From Cycas panzhihuaensis (Eukaryota; Plantae; Cycadophyta), in NCBI GenBank assembly GCA_023213395.1, contig CM041465.1, forward strand, positions 143,847,741 to 143,911,740: a stretch of 64,000 nucleotides of DNA. Direction: 5' to 3'. How positions within the stretch are numbered: position 1 is the stretch's first letter; each line of letters begins with the position of its first letter. This document shows, piece by piece, positions 1-11,581 of this stretch. Position numbers and translations under genes: made by a program. The notes under the pieces were generated by a model. That model was not told the origin of the DNA and searched no databases. It saw only the letters and a program-made list of their open reading frames with translations.

Positions 1-1450
1 CAATACTAAGCTTCCCTTATTCTACAAAACACCAACAAATAAAGAGGGTGAAGCATGCATGAATAAAGGATTGAAAACAAACATAAAAATGAAGTTTAAA
101 AGAGGTAATTTAATGCCAAAAGTCAAGTAAACATAGTCTTAGAGAAAGGATAAAAATCTTAGCAATGTAGGGGGATTTGCCCCTATTTAGAGTGATGGAG
201 GAATGCTAGTGATGATCTACTCTAGCTAAAGAGTGCTCTAATAAAGTATAGTATTCAAACCTTATGCTAAGGATGGAAGCCAACTAAACAAACGTAAATT
301 TTATGGGGTTTCTGTAGAGATTTTGGTAGCATAATGGTAGTACAACAACTCTAAAATTAACCTTCAAATGAAAATGGGAGGTATAAATAGTAAAGGTTAA
401 GGGTTTGGGCCCATGGTTTCAAGCTCATAAAATTAGAGGAAACCATAGGCAAAAAGCCTATGGTTTTGGGGCTAAAATAATGGGAGGGTACTAAATGGCC
501 TATGGTTTTAATTCAATCCTAGGAGTAGCCCATGGGTTTGATAAAATTAGGAGGTAGACCCATGTATAGGTGCTATAAATACATGATCAAGCATAAGCCT
601 AAAAAACTTTCAAAGTTGTAAAAGGATAAATTTTCAAACAAAAATAAGAGTAAGATAAGAAAAATAAAAGTAGTATAGGTAAACATTAGAGTGATATAGA
701 CAAGAATCATAGTGGGATGAGTGGAAAAAAGGTAAAAACTAGACAATTTTAAAGAAAAAGGTCCAAAAAAGTAGGTTGAGTACAAAAAAGTTATAAATAG
801 TGAAGAAGAAAGGTGAGACATATCTTACAGAGGTAATAAAAAGTTATTTTTAACCAATTAAACTTAGATGGATAACTATAAAGCCATGAAGCATGGTCAA
901 AATCATCATATGCTAAGATGGATACACTCATCCAATAGAACAATAAGTAAACATGAGTATATTCTTATAAAAGAACTAATCTAAAGCTAATCTAGAAAGC
1001 AAAAAGCACATACCTTCACTTACCTATTAGTGTCACATCTATGAAGTTTCTGGATTATGGGAAACACTTGCCTCCTCGGCAATAAAACCTCTTTAGATGA
1101 TGGTTTTAAGATGGAGAGTGTTGTTAATAATGCCCTATATAGATTATGCATGCATCTGAAAAAATGAGAAAGGAAGGTAGTCTGCCATAGTTTAGTCTTC
1201 TTAGTAGATGTTCAGAGAATGTTTCCCTTAGTTTAGCCTCATAAGAAAGCACTTAAAAGGTATGTTGACTAGGGTGGAGGACTCATCAATGACCTAATCA
1301 AACTAATATGAGTTAATGGCTATGACGAACCTAGATAAACATAAATGGTCCAACATAGTTTATCATCTTTAGTGGTTATTTTTCATAGCAATCTTAAGTG
1401 CCTAAGGGATTACCTCAGTAACTAGGAAAGGTTGGGCTTGATAGCCAATG
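1..1450 (-). repeat. Part of G1 3' LTR (right boundary not resolved)
   Basis: 1-1060 aligns to 53083-54185; 1-1450 aligns more loosely to 56780-58320 (G2). Confidence 0.6.
1020..1450 (-). pseudogene. Decayed ORF exon of unknown product in/near the Tat LTR, ending at a GTAAGT donor
   Basis: A single frame reads ...QPFLVTEVIP*ALKIAMKNNH...MLDHLCLSRFVIAINSY...GIINNTLHLKTII*RGFIAEEASVSHNPETS with stops revertible to CAA/CAG/CGA/TGG; second copy at 57870-58320. Confidence 0.5.
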
Positions 1451-3379
1451 ATTTTAAGCTCAAAAGCCAAAAATCTTAGGTAAAAGAGTGGGTGCCTCAA
1501 AATCCTGAAGTTTTTTAACTTAAAAGTCTAAGAGGATCACCATAGTTTAGACTTTTAATGATTATGTTTCAAAGGTAGGAGTTGTTTGGGCTCATCTCAG
1601 AGCTAAGCTTTTTTATTTTTTGTTTTATAATTTTTTAAAACTTTTATTTTTTTATAATATTTTTAGAGTTTTAATTTTTTAGAAACAACAAACCAGGGAG
1701 AAAAGACTTAAAATAAAGTATTGTAAGAGAGTTCACATAAAGGAGGATGTTGGTGATTACTCCCTTTTGAATATACTCAATGTGAACAAGATTTACAAAA
1801 TAGTTCTAGTTAGACTCTTGGTGGAGTATAATTTTTTAGGATTTTTTATTTTATAATTTTTATGTATTTTTCATTATTTTAACAGAATGATATACTGGAG
1901 AAAGAAATGGAGCAAAGTAAATGAACTAAAAAAAAAACTAAAACATAAATAGTAAAAACAAAAAGGAACCAGATTAGGGATGCCATAGTAGGTTTACCCT
2001 TTTTAAAAAATCCATAGTTAGTTCAAATATTTATAAATTTATAAAATAATTTAGGTTCATGTAGGAGCATGAAGTAGTTTACCCTTGTTTCAAAGCAAAG
2101 GCTCAATTTATGCTCTTAAAGGAGCATTATATAGTTTACCCTTATTTTAAAGAGTTGGTGGGGATTAAAAAGGAAACGAACACAGTGGCCTAGCTTCTTC
2201 AATAAGCTCAATAGCCTAGGAGTGTCACCATAGTTTAGCCTCTTTAGAGAGTGCCCCTTAGCAGTAAAGATGAGGAAGTTGGCCCATACACCTAACTTCA
2301 TTGGTAGGCTTCATAGCCCTAAAGAGAATCACCTATCTATGGCAGGTGATGTTTAAGGATAGAATTAATTAATTAATCAATCTTATTATTGTGTCCTCAT
2401 AGGATATGCTAGATTGATACTAAAGAGAATTATGATAAAATCACCCTAGATTGGTTAGCGAGAGTGCATAGTTAAGGGTAGTAGATTTAATAGACCTAAC
2501 TAAGCTAATAGATAACTAGTTAAGAATAAAAAAATAATAGAGTAGGGCCATGGTGGACTTGTAATATGTAAGTCAAAGCCTCAATAATAGAAATGTACTT
2601 AGTAATGTTATTGATTTCTATAAAGAAATAAACTTTAGAGTAAAGTAACATATGTTTTGATTGGTCTTAAATGGTCCAAGTTCTGGTAGAAGGACCAAGG
2701 TTCCCACTGCTTCCTCCACTAACAAAAAAGATTAATGACATGGGCAAGTGAAATAGCAACTCAAAGACAAATCACTGAATGAAGGGAATAGAACAAGAGT
2801 TAATCGACATGGCCATGTCCTAGGTTTGTATGCTCACTTTGACTATGAAATAAGTTGAAACATGGAACCCATAAGTGACTCAATGTCAGTAGTGCAACAA
2901 GTTTTTAAAATTTATTTTGATCCCTCAAATTTTCAAATAGGTTTCAATCACGGTTAAGGTCATGGTGAACTTAAAGAACTAAATTCAAAGGTCCCAAATG
3001 ACCCACACATCTAGACCTAAACTATAAATCATAGGTGGAGACAAAGATAACATGTAACTTACCCTATATATAATATTCTTTTATTTTTTTAATATGAAAA
3101 GGTACTTTGGTGATGAACCAACTCATGGAAGACCAAGCTAACTAGTATGTGACAGTATTATTTTAATAAAATGAGGCAACACAAAACCTGAAAAGTAAGT
3201 CGTGAGGGTTGAACTACTGAGAAAGCTTAAGTAATTCATACAAGTTATCTCTAAATACTTTTATACTAGTAATACATAGATAAATGTGGGCTTTAGAAAG
3301 GTTAGAATAGTAGGTTGGGCTATCTATTACAATAGGGATCAAGTAAGACTACTTTTAAGAAGCACATACAAGATGAAGC

Positions 3380-5956
3380 TATTAAGATTAATATCCATCA
3401 CCTAACCCAACCTTGGGAATATGTAGCCGCACAAGCCTTAATGGTAAGTTGGTAAATATTATTTTAATATTAAGTTATTTATTATTTTATATTAATTTAA
3501 ATCTAAGGTTGAGGAGGGCTCCCCCCTCCTCTTGAATATTTATACTTTGGGGCCAAAACCTCCAGTGTTTTTCAATACCACCTTCTCAAGGAAATATTTA
3601 TATACTCTCAAGATAGATTGAATACATTGTATTATATTTGCATATGTGTTTCAATATAGATTAATCTTACATGGTTCACTGGTTATATTTTATGTTATTT
3701 CAAATCTACAAACCCTCTTTGACCCTAGTTGATGGTCTCGTTGAGGTCCCATATGACCTTATTTTTCAAATTTGAGGGTGGATTTGAAAACCCATTAAGG
3801 TAAATTTAATAATTTTGAATTTTAAAAATTTTATAATTTTTAATAATGTTTCAAGTTCGTACCCCCAAAAACTTTTTTTTTTGTCTTAAAAAGGTCTTAG
3901 TACTATTTTGGTCATAACTTTTGGTCCAGGAGTTTGGTTTTTGAATGACAGGATCTGTTGGAAAGATATTTTGATTCTTTATGTATTGGAATAGGTTTTA
4001 TTGAGATCTTACATTATTTTATAGGGATTTGAAGTTAATAAAGTCAAGGCTTATGTTTGGTCCTAAGTTGACCTATTTTTTAAATATTTCAAGTAATTTT
4101 TTATTCTAATTCAGGATATTTTCTTATTATTGAGCTACTAATTAATTATTTATAGCGTTTGCTTGTTTTAAAGGCTCATAACTTAACTATTTAGCCATTT
4201 AGCTCTATTTCAGCCTCTTGAAGAGATGGAATCTCTTTGAGAATAAAAGTGACAACCTTGTGCATTCAAATATCTTCTAACTCTATTATAAAGATGCCAT
4301 CTTATATTCTAACTTATATAGTTGATTTAAAGCTCTCTTAAGGCATATTTTTTACTTATTCAAAGTTTTTTTTTACCTTTTTAAAAGCTTTTCAAGTTGT
4401 ATCTAGATCATTCAAGGAAAAGCACTTCATTCCTCCTTAAGATTATTTTGGATCTTTGTAGACATTATTTTACAAAGAGCATTTTTTCATGACTAAGTTA
4501 TATTCTCATTAATCAAAGAGACATTTATTTGAAAGTTTATATATATTTCAAGTTATATTAACTCACTAGTAAAGCATATTCAAGTTGATTTAAGGCCATT
4601 ATATTTGAAAGCTCAAAGGTACATTATAGTACATAACTATAAGCTCATTCTTAGTCTCTTATTTCTTTAAGATTTATATATATATCACCTTTTGAAAAGA
4701 TCATTGATTGAATATTAGTTTCATTCCAAAAGAATATTTATCTTGCTTAAAAGGAGGTTTATTGCATATTGCAAATTTATTCTTTATTACCAAGTTATTA
4801 TCTTTCATTGATTAAAGAAGAATCTATGTTGAAATTATGATTAAAAGTTCTTATAAAATTAAGCTTATTGTATATTTCAGGTCATTTATTCATTTGATAT
4901 TAAAATACTTTTCATTTTTTCATTAAAACCATCCTTTTGCATTATGTATTAAAGTCTCTTATAATGGTCACCTATTTGGATGATATGATGATTCCTATAT
5001 TTAATGGAACTAGTTTTTTATCTTGGAAGAATTTGATGAAAACACTCATCTCTAAAAATTTGTGGAATTTTGTAAAAGATGGTTATGAACGAAGTATTAA
5101 AGAAGATATGAAAAAGGATAATGAGATCTTAGCCCTAATATTTTGTGCACTAGATGACAATGTATTTTCTAGCATAACTGAGTTAACTATTTCCAAATCT
5201 ATATGGGATATCTTAAAATTAGTTTATGAGGGAGATACTTTTGAATTAAATGTTACTAATTACATTGATAATATTTTTCCTGTGAGACAGACATTAGAGC
5301 AGGTGAATTTTGATGAGAAGACTAATGTTGTATATACTGGTGAAGACTTCAATAAAAATAATGATCTCAATACTGCATTTAATGAAATTATATGTACCTT
5401 AGACCTGATTAATAGAAAAGACAAAGATCTTGACAAAGACACTCCTACTCATTCAAATCAAGTCACATCTACTTGGAAACCATTTAAGACACATATTGTT
5501 AAAAGGGCGATAATGCAAGTTGATCACTTTAAGGATGATAATAAAGCCAAAAGGTGTGTTCAAAGTTTTCCTCAAGTACAAGTATCATAAGTTCAAAGAG
5601 AAGTTGAACATGTACGTGATGGATATTAAGGGGGGGAATGTTAGGGTTAATATCCATCATCTAACCTAACCTTAGGAATATGCAACTACACAAGCCTTAA
5701 TGGTAAGTTGGTAAGTATTATTTTAATATTAAGTTGTTTATTATTTTATATTAATTTGAATCTAAGGTTGAGGGCTCTCACCCTCCTCCTGAAAATTTAT
5801 ACTTTGGGGCCAAAATTCCTAATGTTCTTCAACACTACCTCTCAAAGGAAATATTTGATATACTCTTCAATATGGCATGAATATGAAATGATTTTGATTC
5901 TTAATATGGATTAATCATGCATTCATCTACTCTGCTCTCATCTCCAATATTGTACA
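3380..5956 (+). mobile_element. A: non-autonomous Copia-derived gag-only (TR-GAG-like) LTR element
   Basis: LTRs 3380-~3710 and 5639-5956; PPT AAGGGGGGGAA 5628-5638; TSD GAAGC (3375-3379)/GAAGT (5957-5961); no PBS visible. Confidence 0.85.
4964..5590 (+). CDS. gag: Copia Gag N-terminal domain fused to an unrelated C-terminal tail
   Basis: IPIFNGTSFLSWKNLMKTLISKNLWNFVKDG...ALIFCALDDNVF...SKSIWDILKLVYEG is a typical Copia Gag N-terminus; uninterrupted, the longest ORF in the window. Confidence 0.8.
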   Translation: MVTYLDDMMIPIFNGTSFLSWKNLMKTLISKNLWNFVKDGYERSIKEDMKKDNEILALIFCALDDNVFSSITELTISKSIWDILKLVYEGDTFELNVTNYIDNIFPVRQTLEQVNFDEKTNVVYTGEDFNKNNDLNTAFNEIICTLDLINRKDKDLDKDTPTHSNQVTSTWKPFKTHIVKRAIMQVDHFKDDNKAKRCVQSFPQVQVS

Positions 5957-8900
5957 GAAGTTGTTGGACTACTATAAGGGTTGAAGGTTAAACATTGCAA
6001 AGGGTGCATTTTCAAGTTATCAGATGGCTAAGCAACTAAAAATAATAATAATAGAAGAAGATCCTACATATGGTAGGTGTTAGATAACAAGAGGATCTAT
6101 AGGCAATTAACTTATAGAGGATTACGTCTAAAAGAACTTTAGCATCATGGATGCATAATTTGACACAATAAGAACAATGGTTAATGGTCACTTCAAGAAA
6201 GATTTTAGAGGGGATACCCTACATAAACTCTCTAAGCAAATGGAGCCTTAATGGGACTTCAATTTATGGTCAAGTTAGGAACATTTAATGTCGTAGTAAT
6301 AGGCTAACATTAGACTGGGTAGAAAATTCCTAAATTATGGTTATTTTCTCATTCATTTGTCTCTTGCTTAATACTATTGTAATTATAGTAATAGTGTTGA
6401 GAACTCATTGGTACACTCTATCTACTATAGAATAGATAGGAAATTTCATGGGATGTTATATTCTACTATGTTTTTATATTTTTATCTAAATTTAGCTAGT
6501 TTTGGTAGTGTACTTCCTACTAATGAGTTGATATAGCTAGGGAATAGCCACAACATGGTCACTGACTTGCCTAAAGTTTGATTGCAATGGTTTGTAGGAT
6601 ATTTCATGATCAAACAAAAGGGATATCAGGGCAAAAAAATATGAATTGCCTATGATGGAATAATAGAAATAGTTTATCCTCAATTTTATAGTCTAATAAA
6701 ATAGAAAGTTTGTACTAATGATGTTTTTTTTTTTTTTTTTCTTAAGTTTTTATATTTTTTTTCTTTCTTAAGCTTTTATATATTTTTTTCTTTTTTGTAC
6801 TTGTGTTGTTATGAATAAGATTTACAGCTATTAGTTTATACTCTTAAAAAAGTATGAACCAATTTATGCTTATTAGGGAGTGGCATATATTAGGTAATAT
6901 TAACCTATAAAAATATTTAATTGATATAAATTAATATGGTTATCCTTTTAATATGCACTAGGGGGTTATAGTATGCACACTTCTTTATTATCATTAGTCA
7001 TTAGTTGACTAAGTAGCTCATAAAATATAATTGGACAACCAGGCAATGATATGTACTATAAATATATATAGGTTTGATAATATAATTTGAAGGTGTCCAT
7101 TTCCTTTAAGTATGTTGCATTGTATATATGCATTTTTATGTTTATTCTTTATTTCTACCTATTTGTCATAGTCTCGTAATCTTGTATAGGCATAGGACCT
7201 GTATGACCTATGTTTATACACTTTTATTTCTAATAGCTAGTATTAAAATATGTTTTGCTTATATTATTTTCTAATAATTAATACTAGAGTCATGGTTAGA
7301 GCCTTGGTTAGAGCTTTGGTTCAACTTTATTTTTGTACCCAAGTTAGGCTATAAGATTATGAGTATGTCTACTTGTGAAGGTTTTATTCTAAATTTATTT
7401 AAAGTATGGTTATTTGTGACCAGTGAAAGGGGGTAGCTTATTTATTCATAAGGTGAGGTTTTGTTGTAGGTTGTATATGCTTTTGAATTGTGGTTATGCA
7501 TGGCACCTAGAAGCATGTTAGTGTTATGAGCCTAGAGTATATTAGTGCCTACATGAAAAATCTAGTTAGAAGCATAGGTATTGCAATTACCTCAAATCCC
7601 ACAAAGTTTTTTCATATGTTTAATTCCTTATTAGACTAGTTATTTACATATTTTACTAGTATACATATATGTGTTACACATGAGTCCAAGAAAGGAGCTT
7701 TGAATATAGGCCTAATCACCCTGTAAATCTAGTATTATGGTAAGTAGGCCATGGATTTATCCTCTATTATGATTAGAACCATGCTTGATGAGGGTTTTGT
7801 GTTATGTTAAGAGTAGGAGATAACTCATTGGATTATATTGATAAAATTACCACATTTTTGGCTTGATGTAAAGCTTGTTGATTTATTGAGAACCTATATA
7901 TATGAAGAGTGCTAGCCAACAAGTGTGTGATATGAGTATTTGTAGGTTCATTGGGGTTCTTGTTCAAAGTGTACTATATTGTAAGTAATTTAAAAGTGAA
8001 ATTACCTCTGTTTAGGTGAAATATCCCCTATTTCTAAGTTGCAGTAGTTTTTAGGAGGGATTTAAGATGCAAAGGTAGGTTTACATGCTTGTTCTAAGAG
8101 TTACAACTCTATGTTATAATTATATAAGGGGTTTTTTATAATCATGGAAATGATTTCTCTATGTATTTAGCTTAGTTTGATCCATGTTTCAACCATGTTT
8201 GTTGTAGTCACTAACTATAGATGACAATTTAGTCAGAAGGCTATGTTTTAGAAAGTGTGTATAAGATATATGGATAATTTTCTAAGTTGGGCAAATTACA
8301 TATAACTTGGGCAAGTTTAAGCAACTTTATGAGAAGTTGGGTACCTCCCAACTAAGGAAAATTGATCTTGAGCTCATTTTCAAGGATGTTAAACTATTTT
8401 TCATAATCTAATCAATTTTTTTAGTAATTACAGTCTTAGATTTAATGGAAAATTGACTTACAGGGATGTCAGAATACTCACAGATCTTGTGCGACCATGT
8501 GCATGCTAAAAAGTTTTTTCACTTTTAATTTCTCTTAATCCAAACTTTATAAACATTATTGGATGATATTAAAGTATTTTATAAAGTGTTATAAAGTTTT
8601 ATTAGCCCCTAGACTAGTCATGTAGGTGTTTTAATATGACCAGTGGCCTAAACATAAAGTGACTTTTTTTTTTTTGACCTTTTTTTTAATGAAAGTATAT
8701 ATGTGCTCATGGAAAAGGTTATAACTCCCTCATATAACATCAAAATTAAGTGTTGTTAATTGCATTACAAAGCTAACTCATGGGTCTTTTGAATGAGTAG
8801 TCACATAATATACTTTAAGGATTTTTCAAGGTAGTTTTAATGGTTTGAACTTTAGACATTAGTTTAATAGGGTGTTAAAATAGAGCCTGAACTTGGAAAA

Positions 8901-9252
8901 ATGTTGGGACTAACCCTAATGCTATTAAAAGACCTGTGCACCTAGGGCCCCTCAAAGCTACCTTTGAGGCCCCCTAGGGCACCTTGAGCCTTCCAATAGC
9001 CACTAGGAGTCAACACCACTTTATTAAGGAATGTGTTTATATTTATTATTGTTATTTTTTTAATATATTTTGAATTATATGTCAGCTAACATGTAGGTAG
9101 GGTGATGGCACTTATTGCCTCCCCAAAAACTCTATTTAAAGGGTGGGAATACCTCCCTAGTATTTTTTAACACTGCTAACAATCATAAATCACCTATTTT
9201 CTCAAAATGCACTTTATCTAACATCCTGCTCTGCTCCTCTAAATCTATCATT

Positions 9253-9264
9253 TGGTATCAGAGC
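9253..9264 (+). promoter_or_regulatory. tRNA-iMet primer-binding site of B
   Basis: TGGTATCAGAGC 2 nt after the LTR-terminal CA. Confidence 0.95.
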
Positions 9265-9750
9265 ATAGATTGTTAGGCTGTTGCACCTCCATTTGAAGTT
9301 TTTTGAAGAGCAAGAAGATCCATTGGCATTTTGAGGTGGCTCTACTCACGGGAATGAAATATTGGTTATATTTATCTTCTACAAAGTTTTTTTAGTAGTT
9401 TCTTATATTATTTTTCATCAAGATCTGATTATTCTTGATTTATACTTGTGAATTAACAAATATTTTTTTAGATCTGTGCAGGACCATAGCTGTAATCAGT
9501 AAGTATTCAAGATTCTATCTCACTATAAAGGTTTTATCAATAAGTTTTACATATTTCTATCAAATATTTGACCATTTTTTAGCATATTTTATCTATTTAT
9601 TTAATATTTTTTTTAGATTTATGTAGAAGCACAGGTGCAATCAACATTTATTCAAGTTTTCTCTAGATCTATGCTATATATTCTTCATATCTACATATTT
9701 TATCAAATATTTGACGATTTTTTGGTTTATTTTATTTATATATTCAATGT

Positions 9751-9845
9751 TTTCTCTAGATCTGTAATATTTTCTCTAGATATGCAATATTTTCTCTAAA
9801 TCCATAATATTTTCTCCAGATCTGTAATATTTACTCGAGATCTAC
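9751..9845 (+). repeat. 20-bp tandem repeat, ~5 copies, in the B leader
   Basis: Unit TTCTCTAGATCTGTAATATT with variants. Confidence 0.8.
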
Positions 9846-11552
9846 ATATGTTATCATATATTTGACCATTTTTTGCATATATGATCCATCTATTCAAGTT
9901 TTTTTCTTTCAAATTTGTATAAGATTTGGTGCATATTTAGCCTAACAAGCTTTCTGGAGAAGTTATACTATAGCATATATGTCTACTGGGAGAATCTAAA
10001 GTCTATTTTCTACAAATCTGCCATAGTTGCATTACTAGGTTCTTCTTCCTTTTTTATTCAGATTTAAATATATATTTTCTCATTTGTTTGATATATCTTC
10101 TCCTGTACATTTGAAAGATTTCATATACAAATATATATATATATATTTCTCTCTGCTATATTTAAAATTTTTCTGGTTTCATTTATGGCTCCATTGAATC
10201 ACTAGATTTTTCATGCTTTTTTATATAAATATAAATTTTTTTGAAATATCTCTTCTGTGATATATATATTGTATGAAGATTATTCTTTTTCAACTAAAAA
10301 AACTCAACACTTTTGTCATCTTTCCTTAGTTTAGAATAAACTCATAAGAATAAACTACATCATACTCAGATACAAATATATATACATTATATTTATTTGA
10401 TATATTTCCTTCATCCAAGACTTATTTTATCATCTCTCTATCTACCAAAGTAATAGACCTTCTGTATAGTTCTTCCAGTATAGAAACAACATTATCAGAG
10501 AGACCAAAAGATAAGAGGGAAGTGTATGCTTCCAGATAGACCTTCTCACATTTTTCTCACAATCTTTGAAGCTCCCCAAAGCAAGCTTGGCATTTGAACA
10601 CTCTACATGGTCTCCTCAAGCTTCTACATGTCTGTCATTGTCATTATATATTCCTTCATCATACATTTTGATATTTGTGGTTTACTTTATATGCACTACC
10701 TATTTTTCCATATACATAATAGTAAAAGACATGGTACTAGTAGCTGACTAAAAATTTCGAGGCAAATTAGTGTTCAAAGATTTCATACTGGTAGTCATAG
10801 CTACAAGGTTTGCCACCACTACTACTAACACCACGCACCATTCTAAATCGATGGCTCAAACTTCCCAAAGAAAAATAACAGACCAGAAGCAATCAGCAAA
10901 ACCTTGCAAGATATTGGAGCTCCTCACCCAGATCTCACTGAGGTGGATAGATTTAAGCAATTTCTAAAATATCTACAACTAAACTATGAGCTATCCATCC
11001 TCCTAATAGCTTGTCATCCTATCTCCATTGCTGGTGTTATTTTTCCATTCATTCTACTTCACAGTGGATGATTCACATGATATCATGCCCTAGATCATTG
11101 TTAGCTTCAGTCATGAAGTTTCTGCAAGTAGGAGAATAGGTTGAGATCCTGTTCAAGCTATTTTGGGCCAGAACTCTGGTGTAAGTCACTATAAGATACT
11201 CGCACAAGAGTGTATCATCATACAGTGACACTGCTTGGAGCACATACCAAGATGCGAACATCTTGAACATTAAAAGAGTGTAAACAGACTTTAGAAAACC
11301 AAAAGAGGACATTTGCCTCACATAGAAGCAAACAACATTCACCTTGGAAAATATATATATAGCACAAATAAGATTAATACGGAGATAGAACATCTGTGAC
11401 CAATAATATAATTCAACTAATGCCATCCTTTACCGCAGTAGTGGCACCAAAAATAGAATCTAGAGAAATGACTAATAGTTATAGTTCGAGGATTAGCCCT
11501 AGCATTGTTATTCACTAATATCCCCTTAAGAACCCCTTGGTCCTTAACATTA

Positions 11553-11581
11553 TGGCACACCCAGTGGGACTCAAACCCACA
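11553..11581 (+). other. Complement of a mature tRNA-Arg(UCU)-type 3' end (PBS-like, extended to ~29 nt)
   Basis: TGGCACACCCAGTGGGACTCAAACCCACA; the reverse complement TGTGGGTTTGAGTCCCACTGGGTGTG-CCA is a T-arm, acceptor strand and CCA. It follows an LTR-end-like ...CCTTAACA. Isoacceptor assignment is from recall of plant tRNAs. Confidence 0.7.

Larger units (their letters stand above)
2671..6707 (+). pseudogene. Multi-exon relic gene of unknown function, antisense in the G1 3' region, interrupted by element A
   Basis: ATG 2671. Exons 2671-2823, 2941-3053, 3102-3379 joined to 5962-6339, then 6389 onward. GT-AG introns are phase-compatible (0, 2, 1) and the frame continues across the insertion site of A. 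Exons after ~6470 are tentative. Confidence 0.65.

Noticed and set aside
573-821. Hydrophobic ORFs (also 53743-53931, 38866-39264, 20478-20813) suggesting membrane or env-like proteins
   Set aside because: Products of T-rich LTR or leader sequence; no motifs.
9751-9845. Regularly spaced repeats that could suggest a CRISPR-like array
   Set aside because: Head-to-tail tandem units without unique spacers, in a eukaryotic TE context.
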